Position numbers and translations under genes: made by a program
The notes under the pieces: generated by a model
Told to the model about the DNA's origin: nothing
What the model saw: the letters and a program-made list of their open reading frames with translations, nothing else
Database searches by the model: none
Source: a virus
Length of the DNA stretch: 64,000 bases
Virus record (IMG/VR): IMGVR_UViG_3300007735_000780
Location: 3,511-67,510 of that record
Reading direction: 5' to 3' (one strand)
Shown: piece after piece, positions 40,693-49,629 of the stretch
Layout: each line of letters starts with the position of its first letter
How positions within the stretch are numbered: the first letter of the stretch is position 1

Positions 40693-42582
40693 TTATTCTC
40701 GTATTTGAGATTCATCTAATAATGAAGATTCCTCTTTTTTAATAGACAACTTTTTGTCTAAAGACTCTAATAATGATTTATTTTTTAATTTAGTCTCTAA
40801 TGCTAATGGAGAATTACCTTTAAAATTATTTTTTATAGACGCATCCTCACCTGTAGCATCACCTTTCTTCATACCCATGCTTCCTAATCTGTCTTTACCT
40901 AAAGTACTTTGTTGAGTACCCATAGTTGATGCTCTTTCAGTTGGTCTTCCTAATATTTCATCTTTATCATACCCATCAGGAACACCCATGTTGTTTCTTC
41001 CAGCACCGTATAAAGCAGCTAAATCGTGAGGAGTACCATATGACTTACCTGATTCAAGTGGGTCGTTACCTTCGTTCTCAATTTGTTTAAACCTAAAGAT
41101 TCGTTTTTGGTCTTCAATAATTAAACTTCTATACTCGTCATATTGGTCTTCACTTAAGTGGAAAATGTTATCATAAATCCAGTCTGTGGGTAACAATTTA
41201 CCATCAATAATGTCTTTGGCTAATGATACTTTTTCTTTCATCAACGCAATTCTTTCTTGGTCGTAAATGATAGAAGGAGTAGTTAATGATAATTCAAAGT
41301 TAGTTAATTGTTCGTTTCTATACCCTTGAGTATACAAGTGTACTAAAGCAATTTTGTATAATTCTGAAAGTACAATGCGTTGTAATCTGTCAATTGTACG
41401 AGCAAAACGAATATCTTCAGCTGCTAATGTTGCTTTACCAGTTAAGTCTTTTTCATAACCCATAAATGCTTTAGGTACTTTTAAAGCAGCAAATAATTTG
41501 TCTCTTAAGTAAGTTACGTCTTCAATTGCAGTATAATCTAAACCTTTTGTTGGTTCTATTTTAGTTGTTTGATCATTTCCTCTTACTGGAATGAAGAAGT
41601 CTTCTAGTGAGTTTTGTAAATTGTATTTTAAATTGTATTCACCAGTTTGTGGATCCATAAATGGAGTTCTCTTCATCTGTGAAATAGTCTTTTGCATAAA
41701 GTTTTCTACTTCATTTGGTGGAATAGAACCTACATTAATATAAAAAATACGTTTTTCTGGGGCACGAACAATACGATGGATTAACATAGCATCTTCCATC
41801 AAAATGTATTGTTTGAATAATTTACGTGCTGGTTCCAAATAAGAACGACCATAAGGAAGATAATTAGTATCAGCTACTAGTCTAAAGTGAGCCATTTCAT
41901 AATTATCAAAATATAATGATTTGTCATTCTTATTAGCACTGTAAGTACCTGTACCTGTTACACCGTAAAAACCTGTAGCACCACCTGAAAAACCATCTGG
42001 GCTGAATCTAAATCTTACTTCTGCTGGGTTTTTAGGGTCATAATTTTCTTCTCTCATTATATGGTAAGCCATATGAGGAATAACATTGTACACTCCAAAT
42101 TTTTCAGCAATTTCTAATTTTAAGAAAAAGTCTCCATACTTACACATTTGGCGAATCCAAGACCACAAATTAAATTCAATGTTTAATACATCATAGAACA
42201 AATTGTATAGGATTTTTTGTGTGTCTTCGTCACTGCTTCTAATTTGAAGCACTTCACCCATATCATTTTTAAGAGTACATTCATCAGCTATAATGTCAAG
42301 AGCAGAAGCTACAATAGCATCTGTATCCATTGCATCATAGTCTGAGTATACTTGGGTACGAAGATATCTCCAGTTAAGATTAAGTTGGGCTCCAAAAAGA
42401 GAGGTACTATTACTTGAATAGATTCTATTGTACCTATCAGCTAAGGCGTTAGTTTGAAATTCTCCGCTTTTTTGAATGCTATTAACATCCATTACTTTTA
42501 ACTGGTTACCACCAGCATTGCGAATTATAACATCAGTTGAGAATAATTTTCTTAACCTTGTAAAGACACTTGTATCAGCCAT
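40693..42582 (-). CDS. Portal protein (T4 gp20-like)
   Basis: YGRSYLE, LMEDAMLIHRIVRAPEKRIFYINVG, EDFFIPVRG, LFAALKVP, EDIRFARTI. Confidence 0.95.
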   Translation of the reverse strand: MADTSVFTRLRKLFSTDVIIRNAGGNQLKVMDVNSIQKSGEFQTNALADRYNRIYSSNSTSLFGAQLNLNWRYLRTQVYSDYDAMDTDAIVASALDIIADECTLKNDMGEVLQIRSSDEDTQKILYNLFYDVLNIEFNLWSWIRQMCKYGDFFLKLEIAEKFGVYNVIPHMAYHIMREENYDPKNPAEVRFRFSPDGFSGGATGFYGVTGTGTYSANKNDKSLYFDNYEMAHFRLVADTNYLPYGRSYLEPARKLFKQYILMEDAMLIHRIVRAPEKRIFYINVGSIPPNEVENFMQKTISQMKRTPFMDPQTGEYNLKYNLQNSLEDFFIPVRGNDQTTKIEPTKGLDYTAIEDVTYLRDKLFAALKVPKAFMGYEKDLTGKATLAAEDIRFARTIDRLQRIVLSELYKIALVHLYTQGYRNEQLTNFELSLTTPSIIYDQERIALMKEKVSLAKDIIDGKLLPTDWIYDNIFHLSEDQYDEYRSLIIEDQKRIFRFKQIENEGNDPLESGKSYGTPHDLAALYGAGRNNMGVPDGYDKDEILGRPTERASTMGTQQSTLGKDRLGSMGMKKGDATGEDASIKNNFKGNSPLALETKLKNKSLLESLDKKLSIKKEESSLLDESQIRE

Positions 42583-42608
42583 TTAAATTAAATTATATGT
42601 AATAAATA

Positions 42609-44183
42609 TCATAGTAACCAACTAATATCCTCATTTTGTCCACCAATATTCATTTGGTAAGGATTTACTTTACCATTGGTAGTATAATTACCTTGAGGAT
42701 TTTGCCTAATTGTAGCAATATTACTTAAAGCAGCACGAGTTAAATCTAAATTTTGTGTTTTAAATTTTAAAGCTGTATCACGTATGTACATTCCAATTGC
42801 AAAACTCATAACTAAATCATCATTATAACCAGATTGTGCTTCGGGTCTACCGTTTTTCCAAATAAACACTTTCATTTCTTCAAAAAGACGTTTAGACTGT
42901 ATAACAACACTTTTGTCTCCAATATATTCTCTAAACTTGTTTACAACTAATGGACGAGTTCTCATAGACATTGTAAAACCAGGTACCATTCTTGATGGAT
43001 CATCTGTTTTTTCTAAATAACTTTCAGCATTTAGTGTTTCACTTTTTGGAGAATAATATAAATTTCTATATCCTCTTTCAATAATTGCATCAAGAGTTGA
43101 CCATCCTATATTAGCATTTTCAACAACTAATAAAGCATCATTATACTCTGTAGCAATGCTTACTAATAAGTAACCAAATTCTTTTGGTGAAAGTTGACTT
43201 TTATATTCAGCTACTTGTGTATTCAATTCAGTGTCTATTACATGGAATGTTGAAAAGTCCTTTCCATCTCCACGAGCAACGTCAGCAACCACCATATAAT
43301 TTCTTGTATAATCGGGTAATTCCCATATCCATAAGTTATGATCAATACCGCGTTTTTCCAAGGGATCCTTAATAGAAGTTGCTAAAATAAAGTCAAGTTG
43401 TTCACTGTAAAATACAGTATCACCTGAAGTGTTAAAGTCACAGTCACATTCTTGTGCTGCTAGTCTTGGGTCTCCTAATAATTCATCTTGTTTTTTCCTC
43501 CAACTTTCATCACGTTCAGGATGAACATACCATGGAAGTTTAATAGGTAAAAAATCGTTTTCTTGTGCTTCTGCTCTTACCCATGTTTGATGAAACCAAT
43601 TACCAGTACCATATGGAGTAGACAATACAATTGCTCCACCACCCGTTGCTAAGGTTTGTTGAGCAGAAGCCCATATCTCACCAATTCCTTCAATAAATGC
43701 AGCCTCGTCAATTAATAAAAGTGATACTGCTTCTGATCGACCTGCATCACCTGCTGCTGAAACTGCTTTAATTTGAGAACCATTATTTAATCGTAACGTT
43801 AATTTGTTATTTTCTTCTGCAGGTACTTTTAACCAAGAAGGTAAGTTTTCAAACATGAATTTTACTTTCGTAACCATGTTTTTAGCTGTTTCTTGTTTAG
43901 TAGCTATACAAAGAACGTTTTTATCCTTTTGAAACAACATTAACCACAATGAATAACCAGCAGTTAAAGTTGAAATACCTAATTGTCGAGACTTAAGTAC
44001 TATACTATATGGGTTATCTCTCCATAAGCGTAAGACTTTTTCCTGGAATGGGTAAAGATTAAATATTATTCTACCACGTGTTGGGTGTTGTATGTGACAG
44101 TATTTTTTCATAAAGTGGGCAGGATCTTTTGAACAAAGAACATACTCATCTCTAATAATTTGTTTTATATCTACATTACTCAT
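42609..44183 (-). CDS. Terminase large subunit (gp17-like)
   Basis: KSRQLGIST, LLLIDEAAF, STPYG, QECDCDF, DVARGDGKDFS, VVENANIG, DDLVMS. Confidence 0.95.
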   Translation of the reverse strand: MSNVDIKQIIRDEYVLCSKDPAHFMKKYCHIQHPTRGRIIFNLYPFQEKVLRLWRDNPYSIVLKSRQLGISTLTAGYSLWLMLFQKDKNVLCIATKQETAKNMVTKVKFMFENLPSWLKVPAEENNKLTLRLNNGSQIKAVSAAGDAGRSEAVSLLLIDEAAFIEGIGEIWASAQQTLATGGGAIVLSTPYGTGNWFHQTWVRAEAQENDFLPIKLPWYVHPERDESWRKKQDELLGDPRLAAQECDCDFNTSGDTVFYSEQLDFILATSIKDPLEKRGIDHNLWIWELPDYTRNYMVVADVARGDGKDFSTFHVIDTELNTQVAEYKSQLSPKEFGYLLVSIATEYNDALLVVENANIGWSTLDAIIERGYRNLYYSPKSETLNAESYLEKTDDPSRMVPGFTMSMRTRPLVVNKFREYIGDKSVVIQSKRLFEEMKVFIWKNGRPEAQSGYNDDLVMSFAIGMYIRDTALKFKTQNLDLTRAALSNIATIRQNPQGNYTTNGKVNPYQMNIGGQNEDISWLL

Positions 44184-44817
44184 AATAACTAAAGTTCCAT
44201 TTTGATTTTTTATATATCTTTTTTAAAGAATTACTAATTAAAGACATAGATATATCCAATTTTAAACTAGCCTCAGTGCAACTATTATATATAATTCCAG
44301 TGTTATTATCTATAATTTTTTTAAACATCTGGTTTATATGTTGTTTAGAGTGTTTGTTTTTTCCTTTTTGTTTTTGACCAACATTTTTTCTCCAAAGTTG
44401 AGATTTTGCTATTTCAGATTGTTTTTGTTTAGTTTCTTTAGATCTTTTTTTACCTAAATTATGTTTATTTCCTTTTTGAGCTAAACTTATTTTTTGTTTA
44501 GTGATTTCAGATCTAGGTCCTATTCCTTTATCATATAACTCACAATTAAGTCCTTCATTTATAGAGTTATAATACTGTTTCCAATAAATTTCTCTTTTAT
44601 TAAGTTGTTCAATTGAACATTCTTCTATAATTTCGAAAACATGAGTTTCAGATCCATATTTTTTTAATGAGTTATAAATTTTAGGTTGTTGTTTACATTT
44701 TAAATTTTGATATTCTTTAAAACGTCTGTCAATATTAATACTTTGACCAATATAGATTTTATTTTTAGGATTTATTATTTTGTAAATTCCTATGGTATTT
44801 TTGTTTAAGTTTTTCAT
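44176..44817 (-). CDS. GIY-YIG homing endonuclease with NUMOD-type DNA-binding repeats (start revised to 44817)
   Basis: IGIYKIINPKNKIYIGQS..RRFKEY...LNKREIYW; SEITKQKIS / SKETKQKQS repeats. Confidence 0.85.
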   Translation of the reverse strand: MKNLNKNTIGIYKIINPKNKIYIGQSINIDRRFKEYQNLKCKQQPKIYNSLKKYGSETHVFEIIEECSIEQLNKREIYWKQYYNSINEGLNCELYDKGIGPRSEITKQKISLAQKGNKHNLGKKRSKETKQKQSEIAKSQLWRKNVGQKQKGKNKHSKQHINQMFKKIIDNNTGIIYNSCTEASLKLDISMSLISNSLKKIYKKSKWNFSYYE

Positions 44818-44914
44818 CAATTTTTTCTTTATTAGACCAGTAATATTTCTTACTATATTCTCGTTGTTTGAGAATACGTTCATCTTCTGTTTGGTATTTT
44901 TTGATACGCCCCAT
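44765..44914 (-). CDS. Unannotated 49-aa basic protein overlapping the endonuclease start
   Basis: Hand-translated MGRIKKYQTEDERILKQREYSKKYYWSNKKKIDEKLKQKYHRNLQNNKS; TATTTATA 4 nt upstream. Confidence 0.6.
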   Translation of the reverse strand: MGRIKKYQTEDERILKQREYSKKYYWSNKEKIDEKLKQKYHRNLQNNKS

Positions 44915-44956
44915 CGATTATAAATATTATAGATCTAAGAAAAAGTCTAAGAAAAA

Positions 44957-45496
44957 TCAATTTAAGTCAGGATTTATTTCATCTGGCCAATTTTCGTAAT
45001 AAGAATCTATTATAGCATTAGCCTCTTTTTTTGTTATAGGAACATATCCTCCTGGTACTTTAAAGTTTTCTGATGGTTTTGTTGGGTCTTTATAGAAGTT
45101 TATTATATCTTTTATAGGAATTTCTATATTAAAATCATCATCATCCCATTCAAACTTACTTTGAGCTCTTCTATTGGAAACCCCTTTATCTAAAGTCCAT
45201 GTTACCATAAATGTATCACCATCACTAAAATCCCAATCAGAATTTTCATCATATAAAGAATATATAATATTTCCTTGTTTATCTATTTTAGTATCTGATT
45301 GGTTTAGGGTATTTTTTTGATTTTTTTGATTCTGGTAGAATTCTAATGATTTTTTAAGCCAATCCCCAATGCCATCATCTTCAATGCCATCATCTTCAAT
45401 ATTATCGTTTTCAGTTAGTACTTTACGTATTTCTTCCTTAATAATTTGTTTTAATTCAGATTTTTTCATTTTGATTTGTTTTAAGTCTTGACCCAT
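44957..45496 (-). CDS. Leader-tagged hypothetical protein (alternative start at 45469)
   Basis: MKKSELKQIIKEEIRKVLTE from Met10, followed by an acidic domain. Confidence 0.7.
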   Translation of the reverse strand: MGQDLKQIKMKKSELKQIIKEEIRKVLTENDNIEDDGIEDDGIGDWLKKSLEFYQNQKNQKNTLNQSDTKIDKQGNIIYSLYDENSDWDFSDGDTFMVTWTLDKGVSNRRAQSKFEWDDDDFNIEIPIKDIINFYKDPTKPSENFKVPGGYVPITKKEANAIIDSYYENWPDEINPDLN

Positions 45497-45516
45497 AACT
45501 TTTTAAATTAACTAAC

Positions 45517-45960
45517 TTAATTTTTAAGTTTATTGTAGGCTTTTATAGTATCTTGGTGTTTAAGTATCCAAGCTTTAGCTTCTTTATCACCACTATTAGC
45601 CGCTTTAGCTTTTGCTTTTATATCACCAGCTATTTTTTTATAAGCGGATATTATTTCGTCTCTTTTTTTATTAATTTTTTTATTTTTCTTTTCTTCTTCT
45701 TTAGCAGATTTATTAGATTCTTTATCAGAAGCTGTATCATCTAAAGTGTCAAATTCATCATCTTCGTCTTCAGTTTCTTCTAATTTTTCTATTTTTTTAA
45801 TGTTAGGATTTGCAGCTTTAAAAGCATTTGCTGCTGCAGCATTGGCAAATGATTCTAAATCATCTTTTCCACTAGCTCCTGTTACTTTATAAGCTTCACT
45901 TTCTCCTAATATTTCAGTAATAGCATCTTCTATTTGTTTTTTTAATTCTGATAGTTTCAT
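45517..45960 (-). CDS. Leader-tagged hypothetical protein
   Basis: MKLSELKKQIEDAITEILGE. Confidence 0.7.
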   Translation of the reverse strand: MKLSELKKQIEDAITEILGESEAYKVTGASGKDDLESFANAAAANAFKAANPNIKKIEKLEETEDEDDEFDTLDDTASDKESNKSAKEEEKKNKKINKKRDEIISAYKKIAGDIKAKAKAANSGDKEAKAWILKHQDTIKAYNKLKN

Positions 45961-45984
45961 TATGTTTAGGTTTTGTAATAAATA

Positions 45985-46515
45985 TCAAAACCCTAAGCAA
46001 CCTTTAATCTGTTTAATCCTTTCCTCAGTAGTACCAGAAATTATACCTAAATTTTTAATATTATTAAGATTACTAGTAATAGTATTTTTAATAGTTAAAT
46101 CAATTATATCCCTATAATCTGCATTAGTTTCTCTAACACCATTGTCTTCAATTTTTACACCAATAGGTGAAACATAAAACACATAATCATAGTCCCAAAT
46201 AAATGGAGCAGCATACTTAATAAATGCTTCTTTATCTTCTTGATAAATTGATGTAGCACATTGAGTAAAAGCCATAACATCAATTACTGTTCTATCAGTA
46301 ATAACATTTTCTCGTAATAATTCAGAACAACGTTCAGCTAAGAATATTGTTTGACCTTTTAATGTACTATCAGTGTTTAATGGAATACCCAAATCACGTA
46401 AGTATTTACTACGTTCAGTAGCAAAGAAATAATCTTTAAATTCAGGTAATTCTTTTAAAGCATGTACTAGTGTAGATTTGCCTACACTCATTGTTCCACA
46501 AAAACCTATTTTCAT
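45985..46515 (-). CDS. P-loop kinase/ATPase (NadR/Ttd14 AAA_28-like)
   Basis: GTMSVGKST, ITDRTVID, EDNGVRE. Confidence 0.8.
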   Translation of the reverse strand: MKIGFCGTMSVGKSTLVHALKELPEFKDYFFATERSKYLRDLGIPLNTDSTLKGQTIFLAERCSELLRENVITDRTVIDVMAFTQCATSIYQEDKEAFIKYAAPFIWDYDYVFYVSPIGVKIEDNGVRETNADYRDIIDLTIKNTITSNLNNIKNLGIISGTTEERIKQIKGCLGF

Positions 46516-46536
46516 ACTTATAATATAATTAAAACA

Positions 46537-46776
46537 TTATGATCTAGCACCTTTACCAACACTGCTCTTAAACCAAGGTAACCCAACTCCATCACGTTTT
46601 GCTTTATGATGACTGTCCTTAGTATGTTGAGTACCATTAATAAAATACTCTTCTTTTCCGTCTGGGTGTATTATGGCTGGTCCTTCCCAATTGTGAAGTT
46701 TTCCATCTTTAAGGTAACGAATTGTACCATCTGTTGATTTGTACATTTTAGTTTGAAACGTAGGATCGATTTTCAT
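46537..46776 (-). CDS. Small hypothetical protein with LH..GPA repeat-like unit
   Basis: GKLHNWEGPAIIHPDGKEEYFING. Confidence 0.6.
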   Translation of the reverse strand: MKIDPTFQTKMYKSTDGTIRYLKDGKLHNWEGPAIIHPDGKEEYFINGTQHTKDSHHKAKRDGVGLPWFKSSVGKGARS

Positions 46777-46782
46777 ATGTTT

Positions 46783-48090
46783 TTATTTTATTAAATTTTC
46801 AGCTACATAAATACCTTGAGCACCACTAACAGTAATACCACGAGCAGATAAAGCATCACCTACAAAGTGTACATTTGGATAGTCTACTAATGCTAAGTTT
46901 TTATAGTCTACTAATGGTTCAGGAGACAAATATTTTACTTCAGGAATATACATTCCCCAATCATCACCAAATTCAAATACTTTATTCATTTGATCAATGA
47001 AATCTTCGATATATTTAAAGTAACCACCCATAGCATGTCTAACATATTTTAGTGAGTATTCTGGTATTTCTGAAGCTGCTACAGTAGTACCTTCAGATGT
47101 TAGGCTTGGTTTACGGGTTTTATTTGGTGAGTAATATAATCCTGTTTTGTTTGTTTGGCATAACTCTACTACTTTTCTTGACCATTCAAATGGATTTTCG
47201 ATGCCTTTGATTTCCATTAGAATACCAAAATTAGTCATGTCATTACGATACTGTTCACCTTTTTTAGCATGGCCATTATATGAAATGTCTCCATATGTTT
47301 CCTCTACTGCTACGTAAGCTGCGTTATTATTAGTACAGAATGAGCGTAATGAAACATTATCAAACTTTTGATATAGTTTAAAATCATAACTAATATCAAT
47401 TAATTTTTGGAAGTATTTTTGTGGTGCTTCAAAACGTACTCCAATTTGAACTGATTTTGGTTCTGTTGGTAATTTATAGTCATATGATAGTTGTTGAGCA
47501 AAATCAATACCTGATTTACCTACAGCGAATATCAATTCATCGTATGGTAATAAACCTTTATTACCATTATCAGCGGTAGATAATACCATATTTTCTTTAA
47601 AGTCAATCCAATCTACAGTTACATTCCAGGCAAATCTAACACCTTTATCAACTAAATATTGATACCATGCTTTAGCAATTTCATGTAGATAATTTGAACC
47701 AATATGCCATACAGGAAACAAACGTAACCCAAAATATGGCTTAATAAAATCAGGTTCTGCTTGTGGGTCAGAGCAAAATATTTCTTCTGGTTTAGGATGG
47801 AAACGTCTAAAGTTATTAATAACTTGATCCATCAATTCCATTGCTTTTTCTTCACCACAGTATTTTGATAATACACCTCCAATTGCAGTATGGTAAGTCA
47901 ATTTACCATCACTCCATCCTCCACTGCCTAACATGCCTGTCATTACTTCCTCTGGTTGGCGTTTGAAAGGATCATTACCCTTATCAATTATTGTAATTAA
48001 ATGTCCTGGGTACCCATTGTCTACAAGTTTAGTAGCAAAATTAATACCTGCTACTCCTGCTCCGATCACTACTATTTTTTGTTCTTTCAT
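46783..48090 (-). CDS. FAD-dependent oxidoreductase (start revised to 48090)
   Basis: VIGAGVAG Rossmann motif, GSGGWSDGKL, IGVRFE, RSFCTN, VGD..ARGI. Confidence 0.85.
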   Translation of the reverse strand: MKEQKIVVIGAGVAGINFATKLVDNGYPGHLITIIDKGNDPFKRQPEEVMTGMLGSGGWSDGKLTYHTAIGGVLSKYCGEEKAMELMDQVINNFRRFHPKPEEIFCSDPQAEPDFIKPYFGLRLFPVWHIGSNYLHEIAKAWYQYLVDKGVRFAWNVTVDWIDFKENMVLSTADNGNKGLLPYDELIFAVGKSGIDFAQQLSYDYKLPTEPKSVQIGVRFEAPQKYFQKLIDISYDFKLYQKFDNVSLRSFCTNNNAAYVAVEETYGDISYNGHAKKGEQYRNDMTNFGILMEIKGIENPFEWSRKVVELCQTNKTGLYYSPNKTRKPSLTSEGTTVAASEIPEYSLKYVRHAMGGYFKYIEDFIDQMNKVFEFGDDWGMYIPEVKYLSPEPLVDYKNLALVDYPNVHFVGDALSARGITVSGAQGIYVAENLIK

Positions 48091-48135
48091 ATTATTTATA
48101 TTTCCATTTATATCCAAAAGCTGTTTTCTGCCTAC

Positions 48136-48167
48136 CAAATATAGCATCCTTTATTTAAAAAACCAAA
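48136..48167 (-). promoter_or_regulatory. Bacteroidota-type primary-sigma promoter
   Basis: Minus strand TTTG (48167-48164), 20-nt spacer, TATATTTG (48143-48136) matches the -33/-7 consensus TTTG-N19-21-TAnnTTTG. Confidence 0.55.
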
Positions 48168-48659
48168 TTATTTTGCTTTTGAAGGACGAATTTTCCAATT
48201 GTCAATATATTTTAATTCTTGTTCTTTTTTACATTTTAAAGTCACAGTATTCACATTAATTTGCAACTTATTAGCCGCTTCAATACATGAATTATAAATT
48301 TCTCCAGTTTGGATATTTAAAATTTTTTTACCTAAATTTCTTTTAAATCTATTATCTTTCCAAACTTTTTTTAAAGATTCACTTTTTTTATTTTTAGATT
48401 CTTCTGAGTATGAAATAGGGCCTCCGCCTCCGTTGTTTTTATTAGTTAATCTAAACCCCCAAGATTTAAATAATGATATATAATATTTTTCCCAAAATTT
48501 CCATTCCTCAGTAGGAATTTCATCTATAACTTCTAATAATGTATCTTTTCCATAAAGACGTTTATGTTGATAACTCCTATGTAATTTTTTATTTTTGGTT
48601 TTTCCAATATAAAAAGGAACATTATCTCCTTTATGTAAGTAATATATTATTGTTTCCAT
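48168..48659 (-). CDS. GIY-YIG-like homing endonuclease with NUMOD1-like C-terminus
   Basis: IYYL...FYIGKT...R...WEKYYI...LTNKNNGGGG; TGEIYNSCIEAANKL. Confidence 0.75.
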   Translation of the reverse strand: METIIYYLHKGDNVPFYIGKTKNKKLHRSYQHKRLYGKDTLLEVIDEIPTEEWKFWEKYYISLFKSWGFRLTNKNNGGGGPISYSEESKNKKSESLKKVWKDNRFKRNLGKKILNIQTGEIYNSCIEAANKLQINVNTVTLKCKKEQELKYIDNWKIRPSKAK

Positions 48660-48689
48660 ACATACATAAATATATGGAGTCGCAGTAAA

Positions 48690-48711
48690 GGAGCTGCCCT
48701 AAGACAGCTCC
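48690..48711. terminator. GC-rich hairpin, possible terminator
   Basis: GGAGCTG-N8-CAGCTCC between 48765-49595 and the endonuclease; short T tracts on both strands. Confidence 0.55.
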
Positions 48712-48764
48712 ATTTTTAGTTTTTAGTTAAAGCGACCGGCTATGAATCGGTCTATATGTTTATT

Positions 48765-49595
48765 TTATCGTTCTACATAATTGTGTCCACCTTGATCCCA
48801 TTCAATACTAGGATAAGATTTATTTAATTTAGAATTAGGTGCTATTTTTTTAATAAAATCTTTCATAGCTAAGTATATATCATCACCGGCTGCAGAATTT
48901 TTCTCATCTGGAGGATAAGTTGTAAAAAAATTTGGGATATGAGTGTTTTTTTCATATTGTTTAACCCATTCTGTCATTTTGCTAAGGAGTTTTTTGCCTT
49001 CATCAGGAGTTAATTGTTTATCATTAACCCATCCATCTATCCATTTTTTGGCGTAAATAACGCCTGGGTCTTTGCTATAGTCTTTGCCAAAACCAAATAT
49101 TTCATTTGTTTGGTTTTCAACTAAGGCTTTCTTTTTTGAATTATATTGGGCCTCAGTAATTACACCTGCTAATTTTTGCATTTTAAGGAATGATTCATTT
49201 AATGCTTCTTCTTTCATTCCATCATCACTCATTTCCATTTGAGCAGTTACATCTGCTTCATCAACAGGAGCATCTTCTGTTTTTGCATCAGTTACTACTT
49301 TTTCTTTTTTATCCTTTTTAGCCCTCATTTTTTCAAGTATTTTATTAGCTTTTTTACTATAGTTTTCAAGGGCTTTAATTTCATTTTGAATTTCTTTTAC
49401 TTTGGTTTCATCAACCATTTCTTTAAGATCTTCATTTTCACTAATTCTATTTAGTCTTTCTTTGCGTACTTTAATTGCTTCTTCACAAGCATTAACTTTA
49501 GCTTGTTGAGATGCTTCATTAGCTGTTTGATCAATTTCACGAATATATTCATTAATAGATTCTCTTATAAGGGAACGTAATTTTTCTACTTGCAT
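48765..49595 (-). CDS. Leader-tagged multi-segment protein
   Basis: EKLRSLIRESINE start; internal LNESFLKMQKLAGVITE resembling the scaffold C-terminus. Confidence 0.7.
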   Translation of the reverse strand: MQVEKLRSLIRESINEYIREIDQTANEASQQAKVNACEEAIKVRKERLNRISENEDLKEMVDETKVKEIQNEIKALENYSKKANKILEKMRAKKDKKEKVVTDAKTEDAPVDEADVTAQMEMSDDGMKEEALNESFLKMQKLAGVITEAQYNSKKKALVENQTNEIFGFGKDYSKDPGVIYAKKWIDGWVNDKQLTPDEGKKLLSKMTEWVKQYEKNTHIPNFFTTYPPDEKNSAAGDDIYLAMKDFIKKIAPNSKLNKSYPSIEWDQGGHNYVER

Positions 49596-49629
49596 TTTAT
49601 TTAAGTTTTATTTTGTTTATAAATATTAA

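Noticed and set aside
40693-44183. Inteins or group I introns in portal/terminase, suggested by nearby homing endonucleases
   Set aside because: Both ORFs are continuous and of normal length, with no intein C/HN motifs; the endonucleases are free-standing.
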